A stretch of 64,000 nucleotides of DNA from Epiperipatus broadwayi (lineage: Eukaryota > Animalia > Onychophora): assembly GCA_028023455.1 (NCBI GenBank), contig JAQFVV010000003.1:9424001-9488000 (forward strand), written 5' to 3'. The position numbers were made by a program, and so were the translations under genes. Below the pieces are notes generated by a model. The model had not been told where the DNA came from and made no database searches. It saw only the letters and a list, made by a program, of their open reading frames with translations. How positions within the stretch are numbered: the first letter of the stretch is position 1; each line of letters begins with the position of its first letter. Below, piece by piece: positions 52,634 to 64,000 of the stretch.

Positions 52634-55370
52634 GTAAGCATATTTTAATTGAGAATTTTATTTAAATTTCAGTGTATTATTTGGGGCTTTTTTTTTTTTT
52701 TAGAGAGATTAATATATATATTTTAATTAATTTTTGAGGGAGTCAGTATTAATATGTATAGTATTTTAAGTGCTGTTTTCATTTATCTAAATCCCTTTTT
52801 CAAATCTTTTTATTGTATTATATATTTTGAATATTAAAAAAACAGCAATAGTCAACAAAATGTAATATCTTCAGAATATCAAACATTATATAGCAAAATC
52901 TAGCAGGTGCTCAGATTTCATTAATTAATAGTAATGCCACTGCTGTTTTGCTTCAGAAGTTACCAATGTACTGCAAGACTTCTGTGACTAAAGTTTATTT
53001 ACTTGATCTTTTTCCATTAGGCATCATAAGATTTTTTTATCTAATCATTTAAAATTAGTGACCTGAAATCATAATGTAGCAATAAAATGTTTTTGAATTA
53101 GTCCACACCCCTTACATAATATAAAAATTATTTATCTATCATATGGTTGGTTGTTTGGAAGGTCATGTGATGTCTGCAAAATTTATAAACTGAGCACATC
53201 AGTTATAGTAGATTAATCAAACTGATTCTCTCTCTCTCTTGATTTTTTTTTTTTGCCTCACTTGAAATCAATTTAGAAAATTTTAATTATTCAGGCCAGT
53301 CCCGATCTCCACTGCTGATAGACATATTAGCAATGACATCTTTTTTAAACTTCAGAATATTAAAGAATAATGCAAGGATTATATAACTTGGATGACTGTG
53401 TTAAAATAAAATCTTCATCAAATGGAAATAATATGAATTCAGAATTATGTGAAAATTTTTTTTTACTTACCTAGAAGCAAATTTAGAGACTAATGAATTT
53501 ACTTACTGCACTTATTGTTTATTCTGAAGTTGGAAGACAAAGTAATTACTGTTTGACATGGATTATATACCAAAATATATAGCTTCTAAACTTTTTTCAC
53601 ATGTAATTATCCAAAAATGTAGAAATACTACATTTAAACTTTTTGTTGTTAAAATTTTCAAAGCATAAATATGGTAGAACAATATGAGTTATGAAGGTAG
53701 TTATTTGTCCAATAGATTGTCTTAAAGAAAATATATTGACCAGAAACTGTTAGGAGAAATTTCTAGGCATTGATTATATCTTTATTTGGTGTTTATTGTC
53801 TCCCCAAGGCTTATGTAAGATTTCTAGTAAAAATTTATGCTATTTACTGTATAGAAAAGAAAATGCAAGCTAATAGAGGCATCACACAAAATATAGTTTA
53901 ATTAAACATTCAAAAATAAAAAATGGTCATATATTCATGTCTTTCCATCAATTTTACCCATTTTAACTACTTTCACATCTTTTCTAAGTGATTTTCTATG
54001 TCTACTTATGAAAGTTCTATCAATTTTATTTTGATACTAATTTCATTTGAAATTCACCAGCTTTTCAATGAAATAAGTGTGTGTGTGTGATTTTTATTTT
54101 ATTTATAATCTATACTTTTCCAATTTTGTGTTAAAATATAACCAAAGTGATCTTTGTCAGCAGATTGTTATTTACTGATTGGAGTATTATTTTTAATTAA
54201 TTTAAGAAAGTTGATGAATTATAATTTTCACACTTTTTGTGCATGTGTGTTTTCAATTGTGTAGCAGTCTTCCTCAAGGCTTCATCTGGACAAATAAAAA
54301 AACAGTTGTAAAAAAAACTAGTGAACCACTAAAAATTTAAAACTAATCATCCATTAATGCAAATATCAACCAAAACAGTAATAAAAAAATTGTAATCACT
54401 TTTCTGTTAGAAGTCATAGATTATAAAATTCTGTTATCATATTTAACAAAAAAAATTTTTAAAATAAAAATGATGTAAAATTTTTACAAAAATAGAAAAC
54501 ATCACGCTATATAAAATAATTGATTTATTTACATACATTTAATTTCAAATAAGAATGATGTATCGTAAATTCTAATAAATTTCACTAGCGTCATTCATTC
54601 AAGCATGTAAAAGTAATTTAAAGTGATTATTTAATATCTTCACGCTTTCACTTTCAAACACTTAAGATTTGCCCATACAAAAGCGTTTGGGTTCGAAAAG
54701 ATAGATGGCCACTCTATTTTTTCCAAAGACTTTATCATGTGTTTGAAGTGTTAGTATTCAGTCATTTATAGTTAAAATCTGTGAAGCACATGTGCAGCAG
54801 TTTAATACTGTTTAAATCAGTATTGTATATTACATTGAACACCGAAGAAACCTATGCAAAGTGCAGTGATTAAATTTATATACTTACTAAGTTTCTGAAA
54901 AGTAATTATAAAAATTATGGCTTATCTAATGCCATATTTGATTGTGAGAAATTCTGTAATCACTTTTTAAACTTTTTTCAAATTTATAGTAGCTATCATT
55001 TATATTTGATTATTTCTTTTTGTATCATCATATCTAATCATTTACTAGAAAGTTAAATATTTTATTTAGAAACAAGAATTGATAATCTTATGTAAAACTT
55101 CAATTTTAGCTTTCATTAAGAACTACTATTCTATCTGATATAATACATTTGAAATTAATCTGCCTCTCATCTATTAGATGATATACAAAATAGCTCAGTT
55201 TGATATATCAAAGGATCATCTTATACTTTTTGCTTTGTCTGCTCTTTCAGCATCATTATTTTGCTGTCATCTTATTTTTTTGCAGATATAATCATAGGAA
55301 ATATTTTTTGAACTTTTTTCATAAAAAGAAAGACACTGACTGTTTTCTGACAATAATTGTATTAAAAAAC

Positions 55371-55610
55371 TCTGGCTTGTGGCCTTCATCAGTGAGGAGC
55401 CTTGGATCTGAGAGCACTGCACCTAGATCTTAGGATCTAATGCAACCCTCCAGCAGCCACTCTTTATCTCTACTTCACTATAAGCCTTCTGGCATCCATT
55501 GATTACTCTGGCTAGCACTAGGTGGCACTGCTATATGGAGAGTTTTTGCCTGTTTACTAACAGTTATGCGCTAGCATGAGATGGTGATCCTGTGATGTTT
55601 GGTGGTTTAA
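55371..55610 (-). mobile_element. Solo 3' fragment of the Penelope-like family with truncated hammerhead (copy C)
   Basis: Homologous to 16905-17195. Reverse complement gatccaaggctcctca CTGATGA aggc cacaa gcca ga is truncated inside the GAAA. Confidence 0.75.
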
Positions 55611-56419
55611 TAATTGTATTACTAGATACCTTTCTACCCTCAACCCATAAGTTGAAGGACAATGTTCTCTTTAACAGCAATTTTTTCTTCAATTTATATA
55701 TTCACATTCCCTTATCTCCATTCCAAATATTTCATTTAGGGATTTTCCTTGCTGGCCTTTCTTCCACCCCCCCCCCTAACACCAATGAATATTATTCCAA
55801 ATGTTTTACCAATTGACAAAACATACTAATTCCAATCATCTCTAGGAAACTTCTATCTTCTCCAGTAAAATTTAGCTTTTCCATGTAGTACCAACATCAT
55901 AGATCAAAGGTTCTTAATTAATAGACTATTAATTAAAATAAAATATATGACATTGTCTTCTTGAATGAACAATGGATTTAATGTGATGTTTTATAAGCAA
56001 TATAGAAATTTAAAATCTCAAAATCAACTATTGGAAAAAAGTGTAAAAAATGATTTATGAATTAAGATGATAAAAGTATAGTTTTACATATTAAAAGTAG
56101 TATGTAAATCTTAAAAAATAATATCATAAATTTTTAATTCAGTGAATAGTACATTGTTTTTATGGTAATGATGACATTTGAAATAGATAGAGGAAATATT
56201 TTGATCATTTTCTTAAGATTGATACAAAAATTAAAGATTACTGCTTTTAAAGGATATATCTATCTTCTCAACTCGTTTAGGTTTGGAGAAAGTTATTTTA
56301 CTTGATAAAATCTAAACAGATATTTAAAAACAGAAAAACTACTGAACTTTTTTCCAACAAATATAGATTTATGAAGTAATGTCACTTAATGTTAAGAATA
56401 TGTCTATTGTTGCAATTTT

Positions 56420-56620
56420 TTTAAAAATAAAGGAAATAGAAAAGGATGTTGTAATTATCATAGAATAGCACTGATATTCATTACAGTGATAGTACTGACA
56501 TTTATATTATTAGATAGCTGTTTCCATTTATAAGGTGATTTTAGATAATCAAAAAGAATATTTTTTGTTGCTAAGAAAATGCAAAACTACTTTGGTAAAG
56601 CATTTGACTCAGTCAATGGT
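56420..56620 (+). mobile_element. Small LINE RT relic
   Basis: KGNRKGCCNYHRIAL followed by FGKAFDSV. Confidence 0.45.
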
Positions 56621-58244
56621 AATTTTTGAAGATAGATGGTTTTATGTGGCTGCTATGTGATAGGGTGAGGAAAATCATTACTATTGATGACATAAATCTG
56701 AGTTGAAAAATTAAGCTGGTGTTAAACAGGATCTATACTAGCTTTTACTTTGCTTTCTATTTTTTACGACAATAAAAACAATAATATTTCAGGTCTAATA
56801 AATTAACAAGTGCAAACAAACTTTAGAGATATAATTAATAGTTCATAAAATGTTATTACTATATTTTAAATAATGATATGAATATTCATTATGGGAAAGA
56901 CAAATTCAAGGGATTTGCATTTTTTCGTTTTTATAATTCTTTTTTTTTTCTTTCTGATTTACTAATTGGAAGCAAAATTGTTTTAAAATTTCTTAAAATA
57001 ATTTCTTTTGTAGACAATACATTATGAAATGCTTTATAATTTATATATATATAGAGTGAAAGTTAAGAGGTTTTTAAAATAGCAATTAATAAAACAAATT
57101 TCTGATTTAATCTGCATGTATATACATATCAATTTCTTAATAAAACAAATTGTTAATTTAGCATTTATGCGTGTATATTTTTATATATGTCAATTTCATG
57201 AATGTATACTTGACATATAATGATTTGCAATAGAAAAATCCTAAATTTTACCTTATTATGGAAAGTTAAATATTATTTATTTAAATATTTGAATTGAAGA
57301 TTTAAATGAATTCAAACTTATAAATATTATTAAAGCACAGTCACCTGTATTAATTAAATTCAAACGTCATATTATAAAAGTCCATCTAATGTTGCAAATT
57401 TTCTTAGATTTCAATATTTATTTTTCCATAATTAAATGTCAGCATGATGTTGATAATTTTCTAGCACAATTAATGGCTTTGATGAATTAAATATTGAAGT
57501 TTCAAGGACTCATTCCTGATATAGATGGTTATTTCTTTAAAAATGCATAAGTATCAAGTTCAGTCTTTTCTGATCCTTTAGCTGAGCATAGCTTTGATAC
57601 AACAGTCAATTCAGAGTATATGGTAGCTTTTCATAGCTGTCCTCTCATTATAATTTTGATGATTACTGGAAGCATGCTATTAACTTATGAACTAATTCTG
57701 AAACTTCAGTAACTCTCTATGAATTTTTATTTCCTATTGACTAATTAAATATGTTATGCCCTTTTTATAAGTTTATTTTTGGAATCACATTTATTTTTCT
57801 AAATATTATAGCTGTTTTTAAATTGTTCAAATTCCTTAATTAGCTTATTTTTTTATAATTTGCTTTATCTTTATCTTTGTACAAAGCTTTATATATATAA
57901 TTAATTAAAACTAAGATGATTTACCAAAAAATAAATTTTAAAAATATTTTCAAAGCAGACTGCTTTTCTTTTCTTTCAATTAAAATTATTTATATATATT
58001 ATTTAAAAAAATTTTAAATCTATAACTTTATTTCACAATCTTTTGATTTTGTCTTTTGTTAATTATCTTTTTAAATTATATATATGCACACACACAAGAC
58101 TGATTCTCACACATATATATACAACAATAAAAGTACTTCTGTAATATTATATATTTAATAGTTTTATTTATTAATTGGTGTTTTTTATTTAGTTTATATT
58201 CTTACATATTGAAATATTATTATATCTTGAACTCTTTTTTATTT

Positions 58245-58540
58245 ACATCAAGATTAAAATGGAAAGATAAGTGAATAAAAATAAATGGAGATTATTTAAG
58301 TCATCTTGGTTTTGCAGATGATGTGATTGTTTTGTAAATAATGCAACCAATAAAGTAAAAGTGAAGATGAATGTTAAAAAAATTAAATTAATGTTTAATG
58401 ACTTTCCACAAAAAAATGAAAAAAATAATAATAATGAATTAAAAGAAATTAACAACAAAAAGTCAGATTATTAATACAGATTGTAAACATAATGTATGAA
58501 ATTAATTATAGAATTAAACTTGATTGGAGTGTTTAATGAC
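58245..58540 (+). mobile_element. RTE RT fragment
   Basis: RLKWKDK*IKINGDYLSHLGFADDVIV, similar to 7050-7110. Confidence 0.75.
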
Positions 58541-58838
58541 TTTCCAAAAAAGGAAAAAAAAAAGAATAATGAATTCATTTCAATAAAAATTTTATTAACA
58601 ATAAATAGTGATTACATACTAATAAAGGATAAATAAATGAATAAATTGTACAATAATATGATTATATAATGTTCTATATGTCATCTGTTTAGATTATGTT
58701 ATGAGAGCTCTTATGTGGTTAGGTATAGTGAAGAGATTCTAAGAACTTGTTTAATGGTATTAGCATTTTTAATATAAACATGAATATTTTCTTTTATAAA
58801 TGACTATTCTATAATGCTGGGTAGGTGGGAATTGATAA

Positions 58839-61800
58839 TCAGGAAAAGGAAAGAGCAATTAAAGACCAGGTGTCAGCAAAGACTATACTGGAGGCAAGGA
58901 GCTGGTCACGTTTCTTGATTTTTTTGAGCGTTTGATAAAACAATGGTATGAATTGTGGCGGGGGTAATTCCATGAGACTTTTGCATCTCACTATCCATAT
59001 GGAATAAAGGACAAAGGTAGAAAGCCTTATTATTGAAAAAAATCCATTATGAATGGCATTTTCAAGTGAGAAAATCATATCAGGTCTTATGTTGGAATTG
59101 ATTATAATTATATCTTTCAGAGTTTTAAGTCTTGGGCACCGGTGTATAATATGGTCTATGGTTTCATCTTCACGAGCACACAGACCACATATAGGGTCAA
59201 TGCTGGTAAAACCTCTTCGGTGATAAAGAAACCAATTCGTGGGTAGCGCATTAAGATTTATTTTAATGATGAAGTCAAGGAATTTGGGTTCCAGACTCCA
59301 TCTTTTGAAGTGTGTAATGAGTCTTTGGTTGGTTATTTTTAGGCTGGTTTTAATGGGTTGTTGATTATAGTTGATTATATTGTATGCTTCCCATAAGGTG
59401 ATTTTTTGGTTAAGGTTAAAGGATATTATCGGGTTATAAAGTTGTAGTTGTTGTATTAGGGATGCTATCCATGAACTGGAAGAGGGTGGAGGACGATCTG
59501 TCGGTGTAATGTTTTTAATAATGTTAGAGTATCCGCAGGAGAGGATCAGATTATGTAGAGTGTTGTGGGTTTTCTGTAAAATGATTGCTTGTATTGAGTG
59601 GAATGACAGTCCATTGAACCTGCGTGGTCGTTGGATACCTCGCAGGCTAATAGCAACTGTCCTTCCTCTCCAGAGAAGTTTGGTGCATAATCGGCTAATT
59701 TTATTTTGAAACAGTTTAGACATTTTAACGAATGGAAGATAATATGAGATTTTTGGCATTATGATCATGTTGAGGAGGCCAACCTTTCCATATAATGAAA
59801 GGTATACTCTAGAGAGTGAAGTGGTGATGGCTTCAGTTGAATGGAGGATTGCATCTTGAATCTCTCTTGCCATTGCAGTTGGAGTTTTGTAGATTGGAAA
59901 ACCTAGGTATCTTTGGGGTTTTGCAGAAAAGGGAGAGTTAATTTGTTTACCAGACATTATCTGCCAGATGGAAGATTTGTTAAAATTTATTTGTAGGCCA
60001 AGTTTCGCTGTATTTCTGTTTAATATGTTCATGAGATGAGGAAGGTATTTAATGGTGGGAAGCACCACCATGATGTCATCTGTATATGCAAATACATTGA
60101 AGTTTTTATTGAGAGAGGGAAGGAAAATTCCAGGGAGGTTTTTTTTCTATATCCATCAGAAGAGGGTTGATGTATGCTGTGAAGAAAAGGGCACTGAGCG
60201 GGGATCCTTGAGGGATCGACTTGTATGGCTTGAAGCCTGGTGTGATCTTACCATCAAGAGAGAGAAAAATCTCTCTGTTGTTGAGCAGATTGCTGACCAT
60301 CTGAACAATCCCAGCTGGAATGTCGCATTCCAACAGAATATCCAGAAGGATGTTTATCTGGACTGAATCAAATGCTGCCGCAACATCCAGCTGGACAGCA
60401 ATAGGTTTTGATTTATGATGTCCTCTGATGTAATTGAACAGTGCAGTTACATTGGACATAGCATGCGAGGTTGATGATCCCTTTTTTCCATATTGGTTTG
60501 ACGAGATATGGCTAAGAATTTGAGTTTGGATTTGATCTTTAATGACTGACTCAATTATCTTGATAAGCAATGGGGTCATGGAAATTGGCTGGATACAGTT
60601 AATGTCGTTTAGTGGTTTTGCTTTTTTAATAAAAGGCATGAGTGCCACTGGGTAAAGATCTGTTATGTTTCTGTTGCCGGAGGCTAGATGATCAATCATT
60701 TTTTTAATAATTGGCACAGTGAATTGACTGAGGTGTTTGAGAAGGAAATTTGGGATGCCATGAAGGCCAGGATGAACGCCGTCAGGGAGAGACGTTATCT
60801 TCTTTTTGATTTGGATTTCCGTGATGCCATGTTCGCCGGGGTCACCAGGATCCAAACAGCTGTTTATAGAAGGAGCTCCATCTTTTTGCATTAATTGGCA
60901 GAATTGTTTGCTGATGTGCTGCATCATTGGAAAGCCAATAAGATTGGTTCCATTAGCATTAATGGATAAGGGAGTGATTTGTTTTTTATTGTATCCCAGT
61001 GCCCATCTGAGATAGTCTCTCGTCCAGCAGTGTTGTTGTGCTAAGAAACATTTGGCTCTTCTGATGGATATATATTCTGCAAGGGACTTTTGCTTGATTT
61101 TGTAGAGATTTTTAAGGAAGATAATTTTTTCTGTATTTGTGAAATTTTGCTGTGATGCTTGAAGTTGTATATTAATGTCTGTTAGGTCATTTAGAAGGCC
61201 ATTAGGTCCTTTGATTTTCCTGGTGTGGTGATTTAATATGGACTGAAGTATTCCAATGAAGGAAAACCAGCCCTCCTCAGCAGGCAGGGAAAGGATGTTT
61301 ATTTTCTGGAAAAGGATGTATGCCTCAGATACTATCGCTTCGGTCATATTTGATTGGGTGATCATGCGCATGGTTTTACCAGGTCCATCAATAGGTGTAG
61401 GGATTGCAATAGGTGTAAGTTGTAAGATTAGAGCCATATGATCAGAGAAAGCAACAGGGGTCAAGGCTGCATCAAGGTTGAAGTGGAGGTCTGGGGTGTA
61501 GAAAACCAAATCAATCAGGGACTTTTTAGTTTTAGTATAGAAAGAGTAGGCTTCAGGAGGGAAGAAACCCTCTCCACACATTAATCTGCAATTTATTAGA
61601 TGCAAAAATCTCTTGTTGAAGTCATTGTATGTAGTGTTAAAGTCTCCCAGAAGAATAGTAGGAGAGGCTCTGTTAGCATTGATGGCATTTAGGATATGGA
61701 TTATTTTTAGATATTGAGAGGTGTCTTTGGCTGTATATATATAAGCTACGATGATCGGATAACCCCAATAGTCTATTTTTATGATAATAATATTGGAATC

Positions 61801-62082
61801 TAGGAATAGAATACTAAAACTGTTTGGTGGTGTTGACTTGCTGAGAAGAATACTGACTCCACCTGAAGCAGAATGTCCTATGGAAAATCTAGTAAATCCG
61901 AGAGCTGAGAGAAGAGATAATATTTTATGATCAGTCTTATGGTGATATTTAGTTTCACCCATAAGAAGTATATGAGGGGAGCAGAGCGAGAGCCAGTTTT
62001 TAATAGCTAGAACTCTATCAATTGAGTTGATGCCGCGAATATTAACTCTTTGAACGCCTCTTACGAGGCACCTCGTAGACAT
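58839..62082 (-). pseudogene. ORF2 (APE endonuclease - reverse transcriptase - CCHC finger), frameshifted
   Basis: APE motifs NIRG, ETK, LLGDFN, IDL and SDH. RT motifs DVAAAFDSV, IPQGSPLS, AYTDD and RYLG. C-terminal CGLCAREDETIDHIIHRC. ORFs 60106..62082 and 58839..60071 join if one base is removed from the T8 run at 60139-60146. Confidence 0.9.
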
Positions 62083-62793
62083 CTGACATCACTCTAACTC
62101 TGCAAGTTTTTATATGAAAATATTCGTTCAATATGTTTTTAAATAGATTTTTAAAAGCTCTATAAGATGGTGCTCTCTTCCGAATTCTTTTACAAGTAAA
62201 AAATAAAAAAAAACTGCATTTAAAGCTAAACAAAGAAAGAAGCTTATTGGTGATTGGCTCTCAGCCAGTTCTCAGCCGACAAAGACATTCTGATTGGCTG
62301 GAAAAAACAAAGAAACTGCCTGATCAAAGAAAATAAAGATAAACGCTGAGATTTTCATTTCGAATGTGATTTAAGTATTAAAAAAAGGATAATTTGACAA
62401 ATTAAAAATAATTTTTAAAAAATAAACTAAAAAAACAAAATTATTTTCGAAAAATATCGAAGATTTTTGTAAAAATATTGAAGCTGTAATAAAAAGAAAT
62501 ATTTACTTTTCTATAACATAAAAGTCGATCTTTTTGTTTATATTATAGCTTTTATGTTGCCGAAATTGAATATTTTAGAATAAATAAATAGCAATTTATT
62601 TTTGAAAGAACTTTCGTTCTCTTCATAACCTGAAAAATTAATAATATACTTTTTATAAACGTATCTGAGTTGAATTTAATATTATAGGCGAATATGTTTT
62701 AACAATAGGCTTTGTCTTCAGTTTGTGAGTTGGCCAATTAAGAGATTTGATTTTTATCTCATACAACCAATAATAAAATTAGCGGTTAAAAGG
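62046..62793. mobile_element. piggyBac-type MITE inserted in the 5' end of ORF2
   Basis: TTAA duplicated at 62042-62045 and 62794-62797, with imperfect ~13-bp TIRs CTCTTTGAACGCC / revcomp CCTTTTAACCGCT. Removing it restores MFCKIAGINIRGINS. Confidence 0.85.
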
Positions 62794-62825
62794 TTAATGC
62801 CAGCAATTTTGCAGAACATGATAGA

Positions 62826-64000
62826 TTAATCCAAACCATCCTCAGCAAAGTGTACCAAGTCAATGTGGGGCATCTCCATGTTAGTGAGTTCTGATGTTGT
62901 TTGGAAATTAGAGTCTTGTGATCAAACTTGTGGATGGATTGGTGATATATTTGTTGGTTGAGGAAACGCATCCATGAAGTCTTCGGTGTCTGATGAAGTA
63001 GTGTAATCTGACTGAGATTCGTCAGATGGATCAATGGTATCGATGGTAATAGGATCCATGGTTTTCCTCTTTTTTTCTATGGATTTGTGAAGCTTTGTGC
63101 TGGATATATCTGAGATTTGTTTGCTAGCGGGTGGTGGTGAATAATGTATTGGATGGGAGCTGTCATCATCAGAGCTCGATTTATCTGAGCGAATTGATTT
63201 TCTTTTAATTTTCTTATTTGTATTTTGGGAATTTGTTGTGTTGGTTTTTTGGGGGTTTTTAAGTTTAGTAGTGTTGTTTTCTTTTTCCTGTTCTTTTGAT
63301 GAAAGTGTTTTTTTATTGTTATAAGAATTTGGTTTAAATTTTAGACCTGAGTCATTTTCGGTTTGCTGTAACTGTTGTGAAACATTAATTATGCTGACTT
63401 TCGGGTTGAGTGTTTGATAAGTCTTTTCATCTGGATGGTTGATTACTGCAGGCATTGAAGAATTGAGGACAGTTTGTGGATCACTTTGTTTAGGTTTATT
63501 AGACTTAGCTGGAGCGAATGATGATGCATCATTGGTTTTAAGCTGGGTGGGAGTTGTTATAGATGAATTGTTTTGAAATTTTTTAAGTGTATTTTCTTCA
63601 TCGCCTGGGTTTTCCTTGCTCTCGTTAGATGGTTTGGTCATATTGTCTTCTTTTGTAGAAAGAGTTTGGCCTAGCATTGTTTCTCGAGGATTAGTACAAT
63701 ATGTATCTAATGAATGATCTTGAGTATTATTGGTTTGAGAGATTGGTTTAGTAGCAGTATATGTTATTGCTTGGATCTCTGATTCACTACTATTAGTGTA
63801 GAGGTTGGTATTTGTTCTTTCTTGAAGATTTTCATTTTGAAAGATAGGTTTGGATGTGAGAGGGTTTGTTGGAGGATTTATTTGAATCAGATTGTCTGGG
63901 TTTGTGAGGTTGCTGTTTGAATTAGTCCCATGTGGTGATTGTCTATTTAAGGAAGTGATAGCCGTATTAATAGGTCTACCAGGGCATCTGTGAACTTTAT
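62826..64000 (-). CDS. ORF1 (gag-like, zinc knuckle), partial, with one in-frame TGA at 62922-62924
   Basis: The frame of ORF 62922..63677 is open to the window edge. Past the TGA it continues SQDSNFQTT...EDGLD* and ends 6 nt before the original ORF2 ATG (62819). Confidence 0.8.

Larger units (their letters stand above)
58600..64000 (-). mobile_element. Near-full-length Tx1/L1-clade non-LTR retrotransposon (5' end outside the window)
   Basis: ORF1 has a zinc-knuckle end (HKVHRCP) and a long S/T/N/K-rich tail. ORF2 has APE, RT and a C-terminal CxxC...H...C plus IW..R motif. No RNase H seen. The 3' boundary is approximate. Confidence 0.9.

Noticed and set aside
53288-53380. Next alpha2/delta exon candidate (CQSRSPLLIDILA...)
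   Set aside because: The phase fits, but it lacks the expected CD..L...L..DA motif and a convincing donor. The real exon is probably beyond the window.
59509-61441. + strand ORFs 59509, 60052, 60688, 60806 and 61256
   Set aside because: Antisense shadows of the Tx1 ORF2 with no domain signal.
62690-62725. CTGAAGA...AAAAC on the - strand inside the MITE
   Set aside because: The spacing does not fit a hammerhead core, there is no GAAA, and there is no supporting second copy.

Overview
AT-rich, CpG-depleted eukaryotic (invertebrate-like) genomic DNA, with no sign of a prokaryotic origin. The only host gene I can support is a + strand voltage-gated calcium channel alpha2/delta subunit (CACNA2D/straightjacket family). 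It appears as 6-7 short internal exons between about 27.0 and 52.6 kb, spliced reading ...GGRDYEMK|LRTEMINRLPSSMEMTVKTHYDNM|KRIAIRNQKYYYEGIIKTPFT|LGLAFASDYGFYEVAGKKKVDEIA|IDREFSGLNWKIPPHW|VYCRLTNEE.... The rest is intronic or intergenic DNA packed with mobile elements: decayed piggyBac, RTE and another LINE, a Penelope-like element (PLE), pogo/Tigger, a Merlin with a perfect 8-bp TSD, and a Ty3/Gypsy with two LTRs carrying a nested Helentron-like insert. There is also a nearly intact Tx1/L1-clade retrotransposon split by a piggyBac MITE. The most notable signal not visible in the ORF track is four unrelated small repeat families that each carry a type-I hammerhead ribozyme motif. One is a ~370-bp retrozyme-like family (4 copies), one is a tRNA-headed SINE with a hammerhead tail, and most copies sit in fold-back (inverted) arrangements. 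All motifs and alignments were read by eye, and no individual hammerhead copy is perfectly intact.
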